From positions 26,846,001 through 26,910,000 of the forward strand of contig OZ024745.1 in NCBI GenBank assembly GCA_964016885.1: a stretch of DNA of 64,000 nt. Direction: 5' to 3'. Positions 56,593 to 64,000 of the stretch are shown here, one piece after another (within the stretch, counting starts at the first letter, position 1; every line of letters starts with the position of its first letter). The notes under the pieces are model-generated. The model worked only from the letters and a program-made list of their open reading frames with translations. It made no database searches and had not been told where the DNA came from. The position numbers and the translations under genes were made by a program. The stretch comes from Eledone cirrhosa. Lineage: Eukaryota.

Positions 56593-57480
56593 GAAAAATG
56601 GCGTGGTGCGTTGTTACAAATAGGGTACATATGAATAAAAATTCGAACAGAAGATAAGGCGTCCGTCATCAGTGATCTTCCAGCGGTCGTTGGTATTTCT
56701 TCGCATTAAAGATCATATACCCCTGGCTGATGCGAGCAATAACTAAAAAAAAGTTATTGGGACACGTAGAATAGGGTGAAGCGAGCGAGACATGTAAATA
56801 AACAGAGATGGTAATGCAACGGAAAGAGGAAGAGGAGAAACCAAGTCCGTGATATCTGTGAACTTACGTTCGATATGCGAAGAAATACCAACGACCGCTG
56901 GAAGATTACTGATGACAGACGCCTTATCTTCTGTTCGAATTTTAGTCATATGTATCCCATTTGCAACAACGGAGCAGGCAATTTATATTTTTCCTCCGCT
57001 GTGACGCGTCTGTTTCTTTCTTACTGCTATCACCTTTCTCTGTATCTCTCACCTTCATTTCACCCCCCTCTGCCAGTCACTCTCCTCTCAGCTGGCCTCT
57101 TCCTCACACTTTCACTCACTCACTCTCTGCTACTCCCCCTCTCTCACTTCCTCCCGTCTGATCTGTGTGAATTCCTTTTCTCGCTTACATCTCACATAGC
57201 TCGGACGCGTCTCTGTCTTTCATCCGTGATTTGATCGAACATATATCACAGATATCACGGACTTGTTTCTCCTCTTCCTCTCTTTCCGTTGCATTACCAT
57301 CTCTGTTTATTTACATGTCTCAGCTCGCTTCACCCTATTCTACGTGTCCCAATAACTTTTTTTTTAGTTATTGCTCGCATCAGCCAGGGGTATATGATCT
57401 TTAATGCGAAGAAATACCAACGACCGCTGGAAGATCACTGATGACGGACGCCTTATCTTCTGTTCGAATTTTATTCATAT
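56593..57480. mobile_element. Family C composite: inverted arm plus tandem unit of about 529 bp
   Basis: Near-identical inverted arms at about 56629-56860 and 57247-57480. A diverged direct partial copy at 56875-56990 lies 529 bp upstream of the right arm. Confidence 0.75.
57346..57449 (+). ncRNA. Candidate strand-permuted hammerhead-like structured RNA (family C)
   Basis: GGTA-TA-TGATCTT...GAAA-TACC...AAGATCA-CTGATGA, with compensatory changes among the copies at 4301-4362 (+), 5726-5826 (-) and 56661-56763 (-). See findings. Confidence 0.55.
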
Positions 57481-57796
57481 ATATGTGGGTACTCAATAGA
57501 CATCTTTATTGTATTTAGAAATGACTTCTACAAGACTAGGACTATTTCATTGATATGAAATCATCAGAAGCATCCTGCTTATAATAGAGGACATTTCTAA
57601 TGACTTCATACGAATGAAACAGTTTAAATAAAGACACCTGGTAATTGTATGTAGGGATATGGATATTTTATTTCCTTTTTAATGTTAATACAATTTTTAC
57701 TAATAATAAAATAGGAAAAAGCAGGTAAAAATAGCTAAGAAAATGTGAAGAAAATGGAAAAGAGGAAAACGTCATAAAGTATAGACATTGATGATA

Positions 57797-58222
57797 TAAT
57801 TGTTTCTACTTTTTGTCACAAGGCCAGCAATTATGCCAGTGCATTACTGGTACTTTATTTTATCGACCCCGTAAGGCAAGGTAAACCTCGGCGGGATTTG
57901 AACTCAGACCATAACGGGCCGTAACTCTTTGCTGCAAAGCATGGCGTCCGATTCTCTCTACCGATACTGCCAATACACCAAATAATTTGAGATTAAAACT
58001 CAGGAAAGATACAGGCCATTAGTTGAGTTGAAGGGTGTTAGTTACTGTCAGTTAATATAGTTCATATATACACAGGAATCGTCATAGAACGTCTAATAGA
58101 AAGCTTTATGGTATTCGTTCTGGTTCTCTGCTCTCTGAATTCAAATCCCGCCTAGGTCAACTGTGCCTTTCAGCCTTTCGGGGTCGATAACAAGAGTACC
58201 AGTCAAGTACTAGGGTCGATTC
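57797..58222. mobile_element. SINE-1 (-, 57797-57976) and older related copy (+, about 58075-58222)
   Basis: Matches to the consensus on both strands. Confidence 0.8.
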
Positions 58223-58683
58223 TTCCCATATATATCGCTTTCTCGCTCCCTCTCTCTCACATTCCCATCCTTCTCTGGAAGAAATCTGCTGTACTCGGGC
58301 TTTAAATGCTGAAGAAACACCGTACGACTATTTCAATATGGCCCTTCTACGACTTCCTCAGGATTTATGATGTTCAGAATTAAATCAGGAGATGAAAGCT
58401 GCGTGTAGGGTGGAGGGTGAAATCTAAATATAGTGAATCGAAAACAATGCTATAAACCCAAGTGAACCTCGCAATTTCAAATACTGAATAACAAACAAAA
58501 AGAGAATCGTTCAAACTTGAGTTTGGGAAGCATTTTTAGATAATTCAGTGGGAGTACAACTTGACCTTGTCTTTATGGCAAATTGGCAAAAGCAACGGAT
58601 GTTTCAATTGTATTAGATCTTTTCAGGCAAAGCTTATACAGTTATCAAGTTGGCTAGGGTAGAACAGTTATGTATGCATGTAT

Positions 58684-58732
<49 letters not shown>

Positions 58733-58943
58733 CGCATGCATATATATACACACGCATTGCACATATATATATAAAGATTTATATGTATATATATGTGTGT
58801 GCGTGTGTGTATACATATATACATATTTATATATGTGTATACACACACGCATATTTATACATACATACAAATATATATATATATATATATATATTAATAT
58901 ATATATATTATAATATATATATATAATATAATTATAATATATA

Positions 58944-58975
<32 letters not shown>

Positions 58976-59911
58976 AAAATTTATATTTATATATATATAC
59001 GTGCACTCATGGTTTACATGTATAAGGATTTATCTATATCTGTGTGTGTGTATATATATATATATATGTGTGTGTGTCTGTCTGCTGTCTGTCTGTGTCT
59101 GGTTGTCTGTGTTGTCTGTCGTGTGTGTGTGTGTAACATTGACATCTCACAATGCCTGTCAAAACTATGCTAGTTCCTCTAACAAGATCCCACATTTTTT
59201 TTTTTTTTCTAACAGGAAAATAAAGCCAACCTGTATAATTCAGATACCATCGACACGACACACCACACACTTTTGAACATCATTTCACTTCTCCCCCACT
59301 CCTCTCCACATCTACACCTCCTCCATTCAAATAAACAAATATAAAACCCCACTGATATCCCGCACAACCGTTACCTCACTCACTCCCGAATACAACAACA
59401 ACAATAACACCAACATCAACACCAAGAATTATAATAGAAACAACAAAAATACCTTGCAAAAACGGAAAAAAAGTCCACCTCTGTCAAATATATCTAACCT
59501 TTTGGCTTTGGTTCAACATAAACATTTTCAGATTATTTACCGAAACTCTTGGCATAATACACATTGTTTCTGCTACTTGCTTGCCCAGTCTTGAAGGTTC
59601 GTGAGGCATTTATTTAATTTTTTATTTTATCTATTTATTTATTTATTTATTTTAGCTTCTTTTCATTTTGTGTTTTGTTTACTTTTTGATGATGCTTTTT
59701 GTTATAATTTTTATCTATTTATGATTTTTATAAATTTTTTTTTAGTATGTGTTTTTTTTTGTGTTTTTTGATTTTTTTTTCTGTTTTGTTTGGTTTTGTT
59801 GCTCCGCTTTATTGCTAAGACTTCACAGTAAGAGAGTGTTCCCTCGCCGTGAGTAAGGAAACCTTAAAATAACATTTTCTCATCGGTTCAAAACTGGACC
59901 AAAAACAACAA

Positions 59912-59966
<55 letters not shown>

Positions 59967-60138
59967 CTTTCTTTATTTATTATTTATTATTTATTCTTTA
60001 TTTTAATAATAATAATAATAATAATGATGATGATAAATAAAAACACCTAGGAGTGGCCATCAAAACTATTTTCTAAGTTTCTAATGCCGCAAACGACGTG
60101 TATGCGCATGTGTGTGTGCCTGTGTGTGAAGGAAAGAA

Positions 60139-60265
<127 letters not shown>

Positions 60266-60387
60266 GAGAGAGTGAGAGAGAGAGAGAGAACATGGCGAGA
60301 CCATGTGTGTGTATGTGTCACTGTAGCTATGTATGTATATGAAATCGGTTATGTATTGTACATAAATGTGATATTTGTGATTTATGT

Positions 60388-60575
60388 ATATGAAATATAC
60401 GTTGCATTCATCATATTTCTAAGTCCACACGCACAAACACACCCACATGCACATACAAGCGTACACACACCCCGTATATATATATATATGAAATATACGT
60501 TGCATTCATCATATTTCTAAGTCCACACGCACAAACACACCCACATGCACATACAAGCGTACACACACCCGTATA
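60388..60575. repeat. Local tandem duplication of about 98 bp
   Basis: tatgaaatatacgttgcattcatc...gcgtacacacaccc occurs twice. Confidence 0.9.
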
Positions 60576-60669
60576 TATATATATATATATATATATTACA
60601 TACATAAATATACATATGACCATACCTAAGCTTACACACCCGCACACACACACACACACATATATGTAT

Positions 60670-60708
<39 letters not shown>

Positions 60709-60783
60709 CATATATATATATATATATCATACATACATTTATATATATATATATACACACATATATATATATATATATATATG

Positions 60784-60847
<64 letters not shown>

Positions 60848-60888
60848 TATATATATATATATATAAGTATATACATATATATATATGC

Positions 60889-60984
<96 letters not shown>

Positions 60985-61197
60985 CTGTGTAGAGAGATCA
61001 TGCATTTGTTTGTATGTATAGTGAAAGAGTGACCCATACGCCATCTACCTTACTTATTTGTATTAGCGGTTTGTTTTGATATGTTTATACAGTATATGTG
61101 TCTATTTAGTAAACTTATACACTCTTACCGCCCTCTACACATCCACACACGTACGTACACCCATAGATAAGTATGTTTATGTGTGTGTGTATGTATG

Positions 61198-61247
<50 letters not shown>

Positions 61248-61715
61248 CATATATATATAAACACAAACATACACTTTCACACACATAGCCAGGCCTACAT
61301 GTACATAGACACCTTAAGTGGGTTTTCAAGCTGTCGCAATAGACGACACGAGCCGGCTGCAAGAAATAGTTATCATTGTTTCCTTAACAACAGCTTTAGA
61401 AATTAAGGGCAAATAACTTTCATATGTAAGACATTTTAGTTGGGTTTGAAACCAATGAAAACAATTAGAGAATGGAAGATTTGAGATGAGTACCAAGTGT
61501 AGATACCGATAGAAGATTCCAGACATGTGTGGATATGTAAAGTAAAAATTATATTGGAAAACATTAAGGAGAGAAACGATTAATGGAAACGTTGATTAAT
61601 ATATATCTGCAAAATTGTCTAATACTCATATGTCGTTTAAAGTGTTTTAAAAATCAAAATACCAAACAAACACACACATAAAAGCACACACACACACAAA
61701 CACACACATACACAC

Positions 61716-61821
<106 letters not shown>

Positions 61822-62446
61822 AATTAATTACAACTGACATGTACAAGTTCTTAAGTTTCGTAGTGTTATGCAGCCCAATTCATTTAGCCCGTTATATATT
61901 TAAATATGGCTTCCCACCAAGGAAATTTTAGAAAGAATAGGAGAGTTCTAAAGGTCGATAATCCACAATTTATCTATAAACAGACAAATCCCTTGTATAA
62001 TGTAAAGCTTCAATCAACCAAAGGATGGTAGATATGACTTCCTTGTGCAGTAGGATTTAGACTGGAATCGTGAGTTTCCGAAGCGAAATTCCAATACATA
62101 TGGCCATATTTGCGTTCAGGCCTTTGCATTTGTGTTGAAGGGTGGATTTTCAGACGTAGTAACGTTTACATATGACCCAGAAATAAGCATAAATGAACAT
62201 ATGTCTAGCATAGCAGCAGTGATCAAAACCACAACTGGATCAACTCTAACCATCGTTTCATCCTCGTCGTTCACGGCTTAAACGTTATCGGTTTACTACA
62301 TTAATATATGGCCATGAGATGCCGTAATCCGTGTATTTCTCACATCGCAGCCTATCGACATAAATAATTCTGTGCTCTCTTGCCTTTCAGCACGTTTCCC
62401 TGTATATATACACACATACGTACATACACTCACGCAGACTCATCCA

Positions 62447-62491
<45 letters not shown>

Positions 62492-62896
62492 ACACATAGA
62501 CACACATACACATATACGTACGTGCAGTCAAGCACACTCATCCACACACATACACACACACACATACACACATACATATATGCAGTCACGCGCACTCATC
62601 CACACACACACACACACATACGTACATGCAGTCACGCGCACTCATCCACACACATGCACACACACATACACACACACAAATACACACTCGCACACACTCA
62701 CACACATACAGGCATACACGCACACGCACACAAATATACACATTCACAGACACGCATACATACACACAAACACACACTCGGACACACACATACATACACA
62801 TACACACATAACCACACACACTCCTACATACAAACACATGCATTTCGATATATATATACATCCTGTTTTTCCTCTTCTAAACACTTCTAACGTTAG

Positions 62897-63980
<1,084 letters not shown>

Positions 63981-64000
63981 GGGACAGTAGCGCTATAAGT

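Noticed and set aside
57395-57437. Twister or HDV-like reading of the family C structure
   Set aside because: It lacks the twister CAAGC/GAGGG-type motifs and the HDV P3/L3 and J4/2 consensus, whereas the hammerhead core nucleotides fit in exact register.

Overview
AT-rich, microsatellite-saturated metazoan non-coding DNA, most likely from an octopod cephalopod (inferred from the tRNA-derived SINE families). I can support no host gene, and nearly all ORFs in the track are simple-repeat artefacts. Recognisable content: two tandem Penelope-like element (PLE) C-terminal GIY-YIG fragments of different types, three LINE 3' fragments (two RTE-like, one Tx1/L1-like with an 18-bp TSD), a non-autonomous Helitron, a mariner end, about 20 SINE copies, and several mini/microsatellite arrays with higher-order structure. 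Many short asymmetric fold-back elements sit in (TA)n tracts, and several carry type I hammerhead ribozyme (HHR) motifs. The most unusual signal is a repeat family (copies near 4.3, 5.7 and 56.6-57.5 kb). It holds every hammerhead core element in correct register with compensatory base changes, but in a strand order that is not a circular permutation of types I/II/III, making it a candidate new-topology hammerhead.
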